Positions 37,281 through 50,269 of a DNA stretch of 64,000 nucleotides are shown in pieces. This stretch comes from Ruditapes philippinarum (lineage: Eukaryota). Both the position numbers and the translations under genes were made by a program. How positions within the stretch are numbered: the stretch's first letter is position 1; each line of letters starts with the position of its first letter. The DNA is taken from contig NW_026860350.1 of assembly GCF_026571515.1 (NCBI RefSeq), positions 124,001 through 188,000 on the forward strand. The letters are read 5' to 3'. Under the pieces are notes generated by a model, which saw only the letters and a program-made list of their open reading frames with translations, had not been told where the DNA came from and did no database searches.

Positions 37281-40200
37281 GGAGCGATATATTTGTAAAA
37301 CAAATTCAATAAAAACTCAATAGTCAATAAACTTATTTTTTGCCTGAGTATAAAAAAAGTCATCACCATTATAAAGAGTAATTCATTTAACAGATCATAA
37401 ATTATTTTTGCTAAAATATGTTTTAAAATAACTATGACATGGTAAAATTTAGTATCATAAAAATTAACTGAATGTTCTTTAAATAAAGTGATAGCTGAAG
37501 ATTCAAAATATGAGCTATTATTTTCAACCAGTAAATGTAAAATATGAACCAAGCGCTAGGTGAATGTGAGTATAAAAGTTGATAAGTGAACAAATTTTAA
37601 CTTAAATTAAACTTACTTCATTGAAATCTAGATAGAGATAAATGTAAAGTAAACTTAAAATAAGTTGAATAGTTATTAGTGTTATTGTAGCTATAAATTA
37701 GTTTTTTTTAAATAATTAGCAAAGAATGTAAGTGAAAGTGTCAAGTTTGAAACTAGTTTTATCTGGTATAATGTTATTGTCAGACTTGTACATTATGTTA
37801 TGTTGGCAAGGTTTTGACAGTAATTGTTGCTCAGGTGAACATTCTGTATAAACAATTGTCTCTTCTTTTCCACTTACAAACTATTGAAAATATGTGTAAT
37901 GACGCATGTAGTAAAGAAAACCTTTGAAATGAAAAAAAAACCTACCACCCTTCCTGAAAAACATTTCCAAGAATCATCAGAGTAGTAAATAAAATAAGGA
38001 AATGGAAGTATAATTAACAATTGTAAACACATGGAGAAACATTTTATATAACAAACATTCGTCATTGTGTACTGATTTATGAAAGTACATCATAACTAGC
38101 AGTGGGATAATGGATAGGATATCTCCTCTTTTACACCTGGACTGAGGTCATGGCCATGTTCTCTTAAGTATACAAATTATAAAAATCATAGTAATGACTA
38201 TATTTAGTAAGTTTAACCAAGAAATTTTATCTTTTCATTATTGAAATTGACACATTAAAAAAGTGGGAATTGTCAGAAATCAGCAGTAAAGCATAACTGG
38301 CAATTAAGTTAAGTAACTAGACATGGAATGGCAGTTAATTAGTGTTATATTTGTTACTGGTAGACTACTAATGATAACATAATGTTACATTGTCTGATGT
38401 ACTAAACTAGAATATTTGTAATGGAGACATGCACTCATAATTTGTATGGAATTCTTTTGTAATAATTGGAATTGTTATGAATAGAAAGCAAATCTGGTAT
38501 TCAGCACTCAAATGCACTGTATAGAATAAAACAGAGAAGTTATGACATGTTAGTCCAAATTCTGTATGATTTTGTTAATGCTGTGGTAGCTTTTGTACTT
38601 TAAAAGTAAATCTAAAATAATCTCCAAATCACAAGTACTCTTGGTGTTCTTGGAATTACAGCCAGACATGTGTTTTTTCTAAAGGCATTTGCACTATACA
38701 GCTGAACAGATTTGATTAAGTTTTTTCATACTTTCTGCCTTCTTCCATGATCAAATTGGTATTGCCCAATTTATTTATAAATTTTATTAGTGGCAAGGTT
38801 AACTCTATATTCTGTGTACAGGATATGGTATAAAGGAGCATCACTATGAAGTTGGCAACACTACACTCTAAAAGAATTTGTGCAATTACTTCAAAAACTT
38901 AAGATAATTAATTTAAGCAGTCGTGCATCTGTAAAACTAATGAGAAAGTTCTGAGAACAATTCTATGATACTTCTATAGTTACATATCTTTGTTGACCTT
39001 TATCTCCCAAAGTTGATTTCCTGTATAATGATATATATGTACATGCAGTAATAATGGTCTCTGTTTCAATAATTTAGTATGAAACATTACTCTAAAAAAA
39101 TTTAAAAAGTAAAGATTTCTCTAAGGTGGTCTGTAGATCTACATGTCTGTTTTTCTAAAAAAAAATCTTTACAGGTGTTTGATTATTTCTGAACCTTGTC
39201 AATTTTAGTACATTATTTTTAATTGTTCACCGAATCACAAAAACAGAAATCATGCTCCAAATCAAAGAATGTTCTGGAAAATGTTTGGAGCAATGGAACC
39301 AGTCTAAAAGAGGTGGTCTAGAATGGCAAATATTTGACTGGTTATGTTTTCAAGCAAAGCTTTATTATTAAAGCTGTAAAGGATTTTGTTACTGGGCTTG
39401 CTTGAGCTTCTTTACAGTTAAAAGACATGGTGCCCTGACCATTATCATTATTAACTGAATAAGCTTTGTTTTAAAATGATATTTTATAATAAAATTAAAA
39501 TGATATTTTATAACGAAATTTACAGATAAAATTTATCGGTTGTTTGGTATCTTTATAAAATCTTCATTTGAAATTGAAATTTTTATAAAATTAAGGTTTA
39601 TTGAAGAAATACTAATTGTAAATAGTGAAGACCCCTTAATTGTCTATTTAAACTGTTTTGATTAATATAGCAATAAAATAACATTTTAATGTTTTACACT
39701 ACTTGAGTTAATATACCTCCATCTATTATAAAACTCTTTAAGATTTAGTTTTACCTGTATATATCTGCTAAATTGTTACCTATAATGGAATGATGTACCA
39801 GTACATAATAGGTGGTCTTATGTTCAGATTCTAGGGTGGTTGGTCATCATGTATTGGTCAGTATTTTGGATATTTTAACAACAACACAAGGTTGACTTGT
39901 CTACATTTTTGGCCTGTAAAAATCAAGGTGACAATTGATTTTGAGAAGAAATCATTATAAAGATTTGCTCAATTAGTATTAAGCTCTTTTTTAACAGCAA
40001 GAATGGGCAAGTTGACACTTGGTCTCAAATTCATGGTGGGTTCACAGAGCAAAATGTTAAATTAAATGTTGTCCTAAAACTAAAGGTTAGTTATAGGTTG
40101 GTTTGATCTGGACCTGGTAAATTTTTAAAGTTGATGTTACAAATTTCTTAACTATCAGAGATTACCATAATGGTGCTTTTGCTGACTATATCAATTAAAT

Positions 40201-41373
40201 TGAAATTGATGCTGTGTGTAAATTGTATTTATGTCAATTTGAAAAGATAAAAAACAACACACACAACTAAATGTTTCTCCTAAATGCCTTTATGCTGTTG
40301 CCTTTCTTCATTTTAATGTTTTCTTAAATGCAGCACAATTTAAGATATTTGTTTTATAGGGCGTTGTTACTGCCTAACTGTTTAATTTTATTGTAGTACC
40401 TACTGAGCTCTGACTGAAGTCTTGGCTCCAGATGAGCTTTGTTCATTCTTTCATTTATCAGATGGTGAAAAAAATAGAGAGAGAAAAAAGCAAGAACATA
40501 GTTCCTGTATCCAAAAAGTGTAACATAAAAAATAAACTGAGGAGATAAAAAAAAATTGGGGGAAATGTTAAAAAAATGGTTTTGATAAGGTTTTTTTTCT
40601 CATTGGATTTACTACTTACATTTTTTATAATTCAACAGTTAAGGTAAAATGCTTCAAACCGTATAAATTTAGTTTGTTATCGTATAAATAAGTTAAAATA
40701 GTATATAACAATATCTAAATTGGTCATAATAATTTAGCTGTGCCATCTAAATTAGTCTCAATTAGTGATAAATAATCTAGATCCTTGTCTTATTCTGGTG
40801 AGTTTTTCAAAAAATTATTGTAAAAAGACAATAGTTTAGCTGAAAGCAAAATTGTCAGACAAGACTGGTGGGCACATTCTGTACAGTGTGACAAGGCATT
40901 ATACTGTTGTCTATAGTTCTTGGTTTGGTCATTGTACTTAACCTACACCCTGCTGGGAGTGACTGATTCTACCTATGTGACCAGTGCAGACCATGGTCAG
41001 ACGGTACGGTACATACATGCTGTCTGATAATGGTCTGTACTGTTACATGTTCAATCAATACATATCTTGATATTTTCCCCTAAAGATTATAGAAACATTT
41101 TATGAAAATGTTCTTAGAATAAAAATATTTTAAGGCTGAAAATATTATATAGATGATAAATTTTGAAATTTTTAGCTAGAAACTTTAAAAAAATTTTTTT
41201 TTTTACTGGACACCTGAAATGGATGAATTTGAAATGTAATAGTCTTGCATAACTTATTTACTGTCCTATCGGAAAGAATAACATACTTTAACTTCAGTTT
41301 TAAGTATGAGGTTTGAAATGTATTCAGTGTCATGATGTGTGTTGTATTTAAAGAAATATAAAGTGTTACATAC

Positions 41374-41430
41374 CTGCTGGTCAGAATGAGTATGCTGGGA
41401 ACACGAAGCAAACTCCACCTCAAACATCAT
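41374..41430 (-). CDS. Candidate alternative first coding exon (MMFEVEFASCSQHTHSDQQ)
   Basis: 19 codons to a strong CAG|gtatgt donor, phase 0; GC content above flanks. Confidence 0.5.
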
Positions 41431-42189
41431 GTGATATAATTCCGAAATATGTTTTTATTATTGAAGTATTCTATATTCCATGTGTATAAACAATTAACAG
41501 GGTGTTTTGTAAATGTTATGGATACACTAGCTAACTCATGTAACCATCTCTACCTGCTGAATGTAATAAAATGCCCTCCTGAAAGACATGTTTTCAAACA
41601 CTTGTTTCATAATTACAATAAATTATGATGGTGAACTTGCACAGAGTACACCATTTTGAATCAGTTGCTATCCAAAAAAACATTGTTTGATCTTGTAAAG
41701 AAATATGAATAATTGACTTGGTGTTTGGTTAACTAAATCCTTCAGCAAGATAAAGGTAAAGAATGTTTTTCCTTCACACCTTTTTAATATGAATGAAGTT
41801 GTCAAGTTTCCATATGTTTATTATTTTGTTTACTCAGTGTAGAGAATTTTTTACTTGCAATCAAATGGAAAGCCTGAGAGTGCAGCCAAAACAGATACCG
41901 ATACTGGGGGGTTTTACATGTTTTTTTTTTCTTGTAGGAAATGCTGTTTAGCTCTTGTGATGTTAATGAGAGGGTTAGAATAGTTTTTATTATCAATCAA
42001 GGTATTTAGCTCTACTCTAGATGAAGTATTTACATTACAACATGTAATTATATCATTAAACCTCGGAAATAACCTTCTGTTCTAATTATACATTTCTTCT
42101 ACAAGAACTGATTAATGGTGGTTTTTGCTGCCAGACCTTGTAACAAGATAAAAACTAAATTGTTGCAATTTTGGTATGTCCTCATCTCT

Positions 42190-42345
42190 TATTGATTATC
42201 TCCCCATTTCTGATAATTTTCCCCATTCTAATGATTATCTCCCCATTTCTTATGATTACCCCCTTCTAATGATTATCTCCTCATTTCTTATGATATCCCC
42301 CTTCTAATGATTATCTCCTCCTTTCTGATGATTTCCCCCTTCTAA
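42190..42345. repeat. Degenerate ~20-bp tandem repeat (GATTATCTCCCCATTTCT)
   Basis: 7-8 imperfect copies. Confidence 0.7.
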
Positions 42346-44090
42346 TTAATGGTTAACTAGTGTCTTGTAATTTCTGTAAAAATGATATGTTGAATTTCAA
42401 TGTTATCCATTGCACAATTTATTAAGATCCATTAATTATCCCCCTTTTTTGGTTATCTCCCTATCTCACACTGTGCTGGTCTAGAATTACTTCCCTTTGT
42501 AAAAGTGATAAAAGTATCCAAAAGCAATGGCTTTGTGCTTCATCTCCTTTTATAAAACAAACATTTCTGTTAATCATTGTTAACTCATGTTTATTTGCAA
42601 GTATGTTTGTAATGGTATACCTGGAGATGGGATGAAAATAACTGAAAATGTTCCTAAAGTATCTGTATGATAAATCAAAATGTTGGACATTTGAAATTCC
42701 TGTGTTGATGATTTCTTGTGTTATTTCCTCTCTACTATATTATGAAACTGACATTAGTTAAGTGTATAATAATAATGGGTGGGTGAAATAGTGGGTGGGT
42801 GAATGGATTGAATCACTATAACATCATTAAAAATAAACAATAAAATAGAAATATATAGATGTATGATGCAGTGTATTAGCCATGTCTGGTAGATGTGTAA
42901 ACAACATCAGGATAACTTCTAACTTCTATAACATACTGTAAATTGGTTGCTTGGATGCGTTGAGGTAATTTGAATAAATAATGAGGAAAACAATAATTTA
43001 CGTATTTATTAGATTGTATCAGGTTTACCACATATTACTTTAGAGACTGAGGGGAAATAATGGATAAAAGTACATAGATATAATCTAGTTTACCTGCCAG
43101 AAACTGTAATTCCCAATATTAATGATACATGAAATTATATTATAAAAGATTATCACAAAAAATGAGTATTAATTAATACATAGAATTTCCATTTAAGAAA
43201 AAACAAAAAATCCCTTTAAGCTTAGTGATAAACAAGTATACAAGAGATTTGTCTTGCTATTGAATTTAATGTTTTACTCTTAGCCAGCTGAATGTTTAAT
43301 ACTGGATTGTCATGTTTTAAACTGGCTATATTTAATATGTAATGAATTTTCCTAGCTTCTAATTAAGAACTGTCTGTTAGCAATTGTGAGGACATTAAAG
43401 AACCAGTATATATAGAGCCTGGTCAAAATTGTATGGAATTTGCTGACTAGCCTGGCTCTATACTGATGACAAATGTTAATTACTTAGTACCAGTTCCAGC
43501 AGGGTTAAGGAAATTTCACTTTCAAATTTCAAATAATTACGTATTAAACAGCCATCAATATTATGTCTGGTCACACTAGACAGGTTTTCTTGCATGTCTG
43601 ACTTCATTATTAAGCCATAGGCAGTTCAAATATTATATTGCCAAAGGGAAATACCAGCTATTGTAGAAGTTTAGAAAGTTATGAAGCAATAACTGATCTG
43701 TTATTTTAACAATGCTGAAATGTATTAATAAAATAATAAAATACTTGAAATCATTAAAGAGAAATTAAACTTGAAATTATAAAGAGAAACTAACATTATA
43801 CCCTGTAGAAATACAAACTGTGATGATTTAAAATTATGATTTTTTTTTCCCTTCAAATTTTGATTTAAAATTTTAATATAATAGCTAGAAACAATAAATG
43901 AAAACAGATTTCTTGGAAATAATAACTTTCAAAGATGTATTTAAAAACTTTATAAAATTTATAACTCAATGGTTGATTATTTATTAATTATAAATTGTTA
44001 ATATTTGTACAAGTTAACATTTTTGTTTATTTTGAATTAAAATATTTGTTGAACTAGTCATGATTTTGTGCATGCATTATTATTGTTCAG

Positions 44091-44573
44091 ATATGAAATG
44101 ATTAATTCAGGATATTAAAAGTAAATTAAAACACATATACTTTGTTACGTCTTTATGTATATGAAAATTCTGTGATGAACTAATTTGATGTTTTTGAATG
44201 CATACATATCCCTTACTTTGTTACCTTTATAGTTATGAATATTAGTTACTGACGGTGTAATGCACAGGTAAATGAAGCAAAAATAAGGAGTGGTAAGTCC
44301 TAAAATGTGTCCTTCATCTTTTTCATCCAAAAACAAACAAAAAACAATAATCTTGGAATCTATGGTAAGAAATATGGTTAAAGGTTTTATTGGGGGGATG
44401 GGAATTAATGTTTGTTAAGTTAAATTTTGGTTTAATCAAGCTGGTAAGTGTTTTTAAACAATGTTGTAAATTTTTGGTAAGTAAAGAAGAAAAAAACAAA
44501 TTTTATGTTAGGGATGTTTTAAGTAAAGGGAAATATGGAATTGGTAAGTTTTGGGGAATAAATTTGGTAAGTG
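44091..44573 (+). promoter_or_regulatory. Putative poison exon plus cluster of U1-binding 5' splice sites in the SNRNP70 intron
   Basis: Acceptors ttgttcag|44091 and aattcag|44111. GT donors at 44268 (CAG|gtaaat), 44365 (ATG|gtaaga) and TG|gtaagt at 44293, 44444, 44477, 44544 and 44567. Confidence 0.65.
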
Positions 44574-46099
44574 CATTAAGTAAAATTGAAACTGTTTAAT
44601 TTAGAATGATTTAGAACCGGACTAATATTTCTATTATTATTTTTGCTTCAGAGTGCAAAATGAAGGTCCGCCATTCAGTAACGAATTTGTCCCGATTTTC
44701 TGCTCAAAATATATCACAAGAATTAGGGTTTGTATACCAGTGGTAAGCTTGGGGATTTAAACAGTTAAATAAAAATCAGTCAGTTAAAACAAGTTATAAA
44801 ACAAACATTCGATATAAGTAAAATTTAAAAAGATTATCGCTTAAAACGTACATGTTAAAGTATTATTTTAATCGAACATCATACCGTGTAAGGGGTATGA
44901 CACAAAAATCTTAAATCTTTCTGATATTTTAAGGTTTTCAAACTATTGGGGGGAAAGTAAAATAAAATTTACATATTAAAAACAAAATCAGGTAAGCTGG
45001 GTTGATCCGTTGTGGATCTTTATCGACGACCCATGCTGCAATGGAAATATAAACCCCCGAGAGCAGTGCTCTAGAGCAATGTTATTTGCTATCTGAATGA
45101 TGGAAAATGTTCCATGTTTTAAGGAAACCGTTGGGTAGGTTAAGGTGTAAGTTTTTCTTTTGTTATGTATTATTGATGTTATCTTTCTTTGATACATAGC
45201 ACAGAAGATTCATTCTGTACAAAAACCCCTTAAATATATAATAAAAAGATTTATTTTAACTAACCCTCCTGTTTTAAAATAAATCACCAAACACACTTCA
45301 AAAAAAGCAAAAATTTCAGCAGATGTGAATTTTGGGACACTTTTGAATTGTTTACACTCTAGAAAAATTAATATTTAAAAGCTTTTCTTTTTTTCAGGGT
45401 AAGTATTGAGAAATCCTTGATATTGTTTCTATGGAAACGAAAATTTGATAATCAAGGATTGTCTCAAATCATGTATTTAGTTTCTATGACAGTTGTTATG
45501 GAATTTTACAGTTGATGATTTTCAGGCACAGTTTTCAAGAATTGTTTCAATTTTAAATTTTATTTTATAATGTTGAGTAAAACCTGTATACCATAAAATC
45601 TTGCACAAATTAATTGCCAAATTAAAGTACTAAGTGATTAATTTTAGGGCTTTTGGTTTCTTGATGCTACTTTTAATAAAACAAAAATCACATTTTTGTA
45701 AAGTGGCCATGTATTTGGAGTATTTTATTTTAGGCTTGACATATTACAGGTTTTACTTCTTTATTTGCACATTTAGGAAATTTCTTTTATTTCCAATGTT
45801 TAATGACTTTTAGGAGCATCACTGACATTTGGATTAAATTATTGAGGAGTGATTTGGAAAACAGAATACAACTCATTTTTACTTTGATTGTAATTCAGGA
45901 AAATGAAAATTTAATAGGTAATTTTGGCACTTTAGAAATATATCCTCCATTATCACAGCATAATGGTAATACATGCTTTGATAATGTGACTGTGGGTTTA
46001 ATACAACTTGGCTGTTATAGATGTTATTGATGTTGAGGTAATAGAGGCATAAATTGAACACCATATAAAACTTGACTATTTTCCCTCCCCTGTATCTAG

Positions 46100-46201
46100 C
46101 GGCATATAAACATGCTGATGGTAAGAAGATTGATGGTCGTAGGGTGTTGGTAGATGTCGAGAGAGGGCGCACCGTCAAGGGGTGGCGACCAAGAAGATTG
46201 G
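46100..46201 (+). CDS. SNRNP70: U1-70K exon ([35 protein letters not shown])
   Basis: Pyrimidine-rich ctag acceptor and G|gtaagc donor; 102 nt, phase 1/1. Hallmark U1-70K sequence. Confidence 0.98.
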
Positions 46202-46507
46202 GTAAGCTTTGAGAAAATTCCAATTTAAAAATTACATTGACTCAAGAAAAATAATAGACATCCTTTCATAAAATAGGATTCAAAGAATTTTCACTTCAGT
46301 GCAAAAAAAATGAAAATAAAGCAAATAAAAGTCTAGAAGTGATAAAAAGACAGAAATATTTTTCACAAACAGTTGTTTATTGCTTATGTACTAAAACTCA
46401 CAAAACAAATAGTTCAGTGACAACAAATATGATGAATATTATTAGGGATCACAGAAGAAAAGAAAGCTTTTGACTAGAATTTATTTTCAAAATTACTGTT
46501 TCAACAG

Positions 46508-46747
46508 GTGGTGGTCTTGGTGGTACAAGAAAAGGTGGCCCTGAGGAAAACACTCGATTCTCTGGAAGAGACGACTATGGCAGCCGAAATGAAGGCTTCC
46601 GAGATCGAGAGAGGGATACAGAACGTGAGAGACCTGCGGAGCGGGAAAGAGAACGACCGGAGCGAAGACGTAGATCAAAGTCGAGAGAGAGGGATCGTGA
46701 TAGGAGGAGGAGAAGTAGAAGTCGAGACAAGAAGAGGGACAAAGAAG
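46508..46747 (+). CDS. SNRNP70: U1-70K exon ([11 protein letters not shown]... RD/RE/RS-rich)
   Basis: caacag acceptor and G|gtttgt donor; 240 nt keeps the frame. Conserved GGGLGGTR followed by an Arg/Asp/Glu/Ser-rich region. Confidence 0.95.
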
Positions 46748-47041
46748 GTTTGTGACATATATACTTTGTTTTCAGTCCAGATAAGACTTATACCTTACAC
46801 AGTTTATTATACTTGAAGCTAAATAATCTTAAACTAATATTATGACAGAATATTATGTAATATTATGTTGTATAATTGCTGATTTGAAATTCATTTATCT
46901 GCAGATAATAATTGTATATCAAAGTTAAGACTTCGTACGACTATATCTGATGGCTTATTATTACCAAACAAGTTTTAGAATAATGGCTTTTTGATTCATT
47001 GGTAAAATTGTGGACTACATTTGGAATAATGAATGTTTCAG

Positions 47042-47242
47042 GTGGCGAGGAAGACGAAAAAGAGAAGGATAAGGATAAAGATAAGGGAGATAGAAAGAAG
47101 CGATCTAGAAGAAGTCGATCACGTGACCGAGATCGCAGCAAGAAACGAAGCAGATCTAAGGATAGGGATCGTAAACGCAAGAGGAGTAGAAGCCGTGATA
47201 GAAAACCGAAGGAAGAACCCACAGATGAACAAGGTGGTGGAG
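47042..47242 (+). CDS. SNRNP70: U1-70K RS-rich exon (GGEEDEKEKDKDK...RSRSRDRKPKEEPTDEQGGG)
   Basis: tttcag acceptor and G|gtaatt donor; 201 nt, phase 1/1; RS dipeptides. Confidence 0.9.
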
Positions 47243-47674
47243 GTAATTGTGTTCAAACTTGAAACATTGGTGGAATCTTTAGAAAATAATTTGATGTACA
47301 AATAATAAGAACTGATTTGGATAATAATAATAAAAATAAAAGCTTTATTTAAAGAGGCTACATATTCGCCAAAAGGATCTTCCATATGTACCTCAACATA
47401 ATTACAAGAACAGTAATGATTGCTTGTATTTAGTCAAATGATTAACAACACAGATGAAAAAAATGCTGAAATTTTTATGTTTATGATTATTTTGAAAACT
47501 TCTTGAACATCTTTTGATAGGTTATCAAAAATTTTTTAATTTAATTTGAGATTCAACTTACAAAGATATTATAATATACAATATTTTTATATATAACAAG
47601 CATGCTATAATTGAAAAAGAAAAACAACAACAAAAAGTAAGTTTCTAACATTGTCATTGATTGTGAATTTATAG

Positions 47675-47832
47675 ATGGTGAACCGGGAGAATACACTGAG
47701 CCAGAAATTAAAGAAGAGCCATTTGATGATGGTGAATACGGGGGAGTTTATAATAACGGTAGCGGAGGTCAGGCCGAACAGGAAGAGGGGCAATATGGGG
47801 AATACCAGGAACAGGAAATGGAGGCTAACTAG
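47675..47832 (+). CDS. SNRNP70: U1-70K terminal coding exon, acidic Gly/Tyr-rich tail ending QEMEAN*
   Basis: tttatag acceptor, phase 1 matches the previous exon; open to TAG at 47830-47832. Confidence 0.88.
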
Positions 47833-48271
47833 GGAGCTGGAATACTCAGTAACAAAGATGCATCATGTATGCATAGATTTGAATGAAAAGATATGTAATA
47901 CACTGTTGTGTAATAGAGACTAGCAAAACATTTTTTGCAATGTCTTTCTCGGTTTTATTTATAGGTGAAAAATCATTGTTTAAATTATTTTAAACATCTT
48001 TTCTTTTGTGTTCATATTTGAAAATGTTATTATATGTAAACCATCAGATAATGTTGTAATACCTGTGTACTTTTAATGAATACCAGTAAATTGTTATCTT
48101 AAAGTACAGACATACTGTTAATTGATCATAAATCATAATTTATACTTCATAATTGAGATAAAATCTTTATCAGAAACTGACATAACTAGGTGAAATTTTT
48201 ATAATATATTTGACATTTTGAATATGTTTATCTAGATAATAGGTATTCACCCTAGAATTTTAATGTAACAA

Positions 48272-49702
48272 AATAAAAAAGTGATCTGCAGAATCCAATT
48301 AACAACTATAATTGTTTGAAATATGACATGTTGTTGTAGTGCAGTGATAAGATTTTTAACTATTGTCATCATTAATCATCTCTCAATCATAATTTGTTCT
48401 CACCAATCATTCATTTTTACCTAACAAATCAAAATCACTAGAATAGAGTAAGATTCTACAATGACTTGTAATGGTAGATAATTCTTCATGAACAATACTG
48501 AGTGTAAGCATTCAAAGCGACTACAGAAATTTATATGGAATAATGAAATATTTTGATTTCAGTTTAAGAAAAGGAATCAAACTGAAATTAAAGTAGTGAA
48601 ATGTTAAACTAAAATGTTACTTCTACAACTGATAGTGTAATATATTCATTTCTATAAAACAAAATGTTGAAGTTTTAATATATAATATAACTGAAAGGTC
48701 TAGTTATAAGTTTTTATAATAATATCATTGAAATTCCACGTAAAATATGAACATTTTACATGTTTAAAAAGACCCATTACTTTGGTGATTTAATTTTACT
48801 ATTATTAAACGGAAAAACTAGTACTTTTTTGTCAAATGTTGATTTAGAAGTAAAATGTTCTTAAGATCAGCATTTATTTTATATAATTATAAAACATAAG
48901 GAAGAATTTACCTTAAAGAATTTACTGTAAGAAGTGTTCATCATAACATGTAAATCCTCGTGACAGTTTTTTCTGTTGGCTTAAACTTCTATATAACAAC
49001 ATACTGTATAAACTGTGGGCTTTTATATGGGCATTTAGGGAACTACCAGTGGATATACCAAAATGTAGTTACAAAATATTTAAATATTTTACCGTTTTTA
49101 TTCTTGTAAGCAATATGTTAATATAAATGAAATCAGCTTATTGTTTTCCTTTTTTTATCTTGATTTTGTTAATATTCCTCACAAATGTTATACAAGCAAA
49201 ATTTCTTTTAATGCTTTATTTCAGAAAATATATTGACAAAAATATTTAAAATAAGTAATTGCAGTAAAATAAATTTCACTGGGAGGAGATTGGGGACATA
49301 CTTATATCATGGTTATTTTTTTAATGCGTCCGGAAAGACAAATGTTTTCTTAAAAGAGGAAATACAGTAATGCTGGATAAAACTGGTGGTATAAGTGGCT
49401 ATGACACCTGTATTCCCTAATTGAACTTAGGTTGTTAGATAGTTTAAATGCTATTTCTATGTAGAGATATTGTTTTTACACCAGCCCATCTGTATATGTA
49501 AGTAGACAAGTTTTCTCCATCTATTTGTTGTCTACACTAATGTGGTGAATAAATAATGAAAAAATGGATTATTGTCTTATCCTTATTGCCCTGTATACTA
49601 CTTGACATAAATGTTCTAATGTACTTTATAGTAAGAAAATTCTAGACAAGATCACTACAGAAATTTGCACATAAATCATGTAAGTCTGTTATTTTGAATA
49701 AA
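48272..49702 (+). terminator. Candidate SNRNP70 polyadenylation signals (AATAAA at 48272, 49548, 49697 among others)
   Basis: AATAAA hexamers downstream of the stop codon. The used site cannot be determined in AT-rich DNA. Confidence 0.35.
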
Positions 49703-49816
49703 AAAGGTTGTGTCCAATGCAGTTGTCATTTAGAAAATTCTGTCAACAGTTGTATTGAAGACAAAAAAAAGCTTCAGAGACACAGGTAGGTTAAAAAAAA
49801 CGGCATCGAAGATTTC

Positions 49817-50212
49817 TTGCAGTATGTCCGCCGCCGAACTAAACGGTTTTATGTTGGCGGTTTTAAACCCAATATAACTGAGGCAAAGTTAGCGAAGTAT
49901 GTTAGTGACAAAGGCCCAACAGTTACCAAAGTTTCAATCTTCAGAAATAAGAAATTTAGATCAACTGTTGTCCGAGTAAATGTTGAGGACAATCATATGG
50001 CTGACTTGCTTGTCAATGACCCATATTTCTGGCCCGAAGGTATCCAATGTAGACCTTGGTTATCATATAACGGTTATAAAAACCGTCATAATGAAGCACC
50101 CCCACGCCAAATAGGTCAAAGAGACCAGAAGGTCAATAATGTAAAGTCCCGCTATCCGTCTCATATGCGGTATTCAAACCGTTATAGAAATGACCAGTAT
50201 ATATCCGGCTGA
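49817..50212 (+). pseudogene. LINE ORF1 C-terminal remnant, RRM-like
   Basis: KRFYVGGFKPNITE...FWPEGIQCRPW pattern typical of LINE ORF1; lies directly upstream of ORF2. Confidence 0.75.
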
Positions 50213-50269
50213 TTATAATCCTTATAGCACTCTAGACGGCGATGTTGAATAGAATCTTTATTATTACTT

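Noticed and set aside
46508-47923. Track ORFs 46508-46816, 47033-47305, 47675-47923 and the antisense ORFs
   Set aside because: They are alternative frames of SNRNP70 exons; splice phases fix the true frame.
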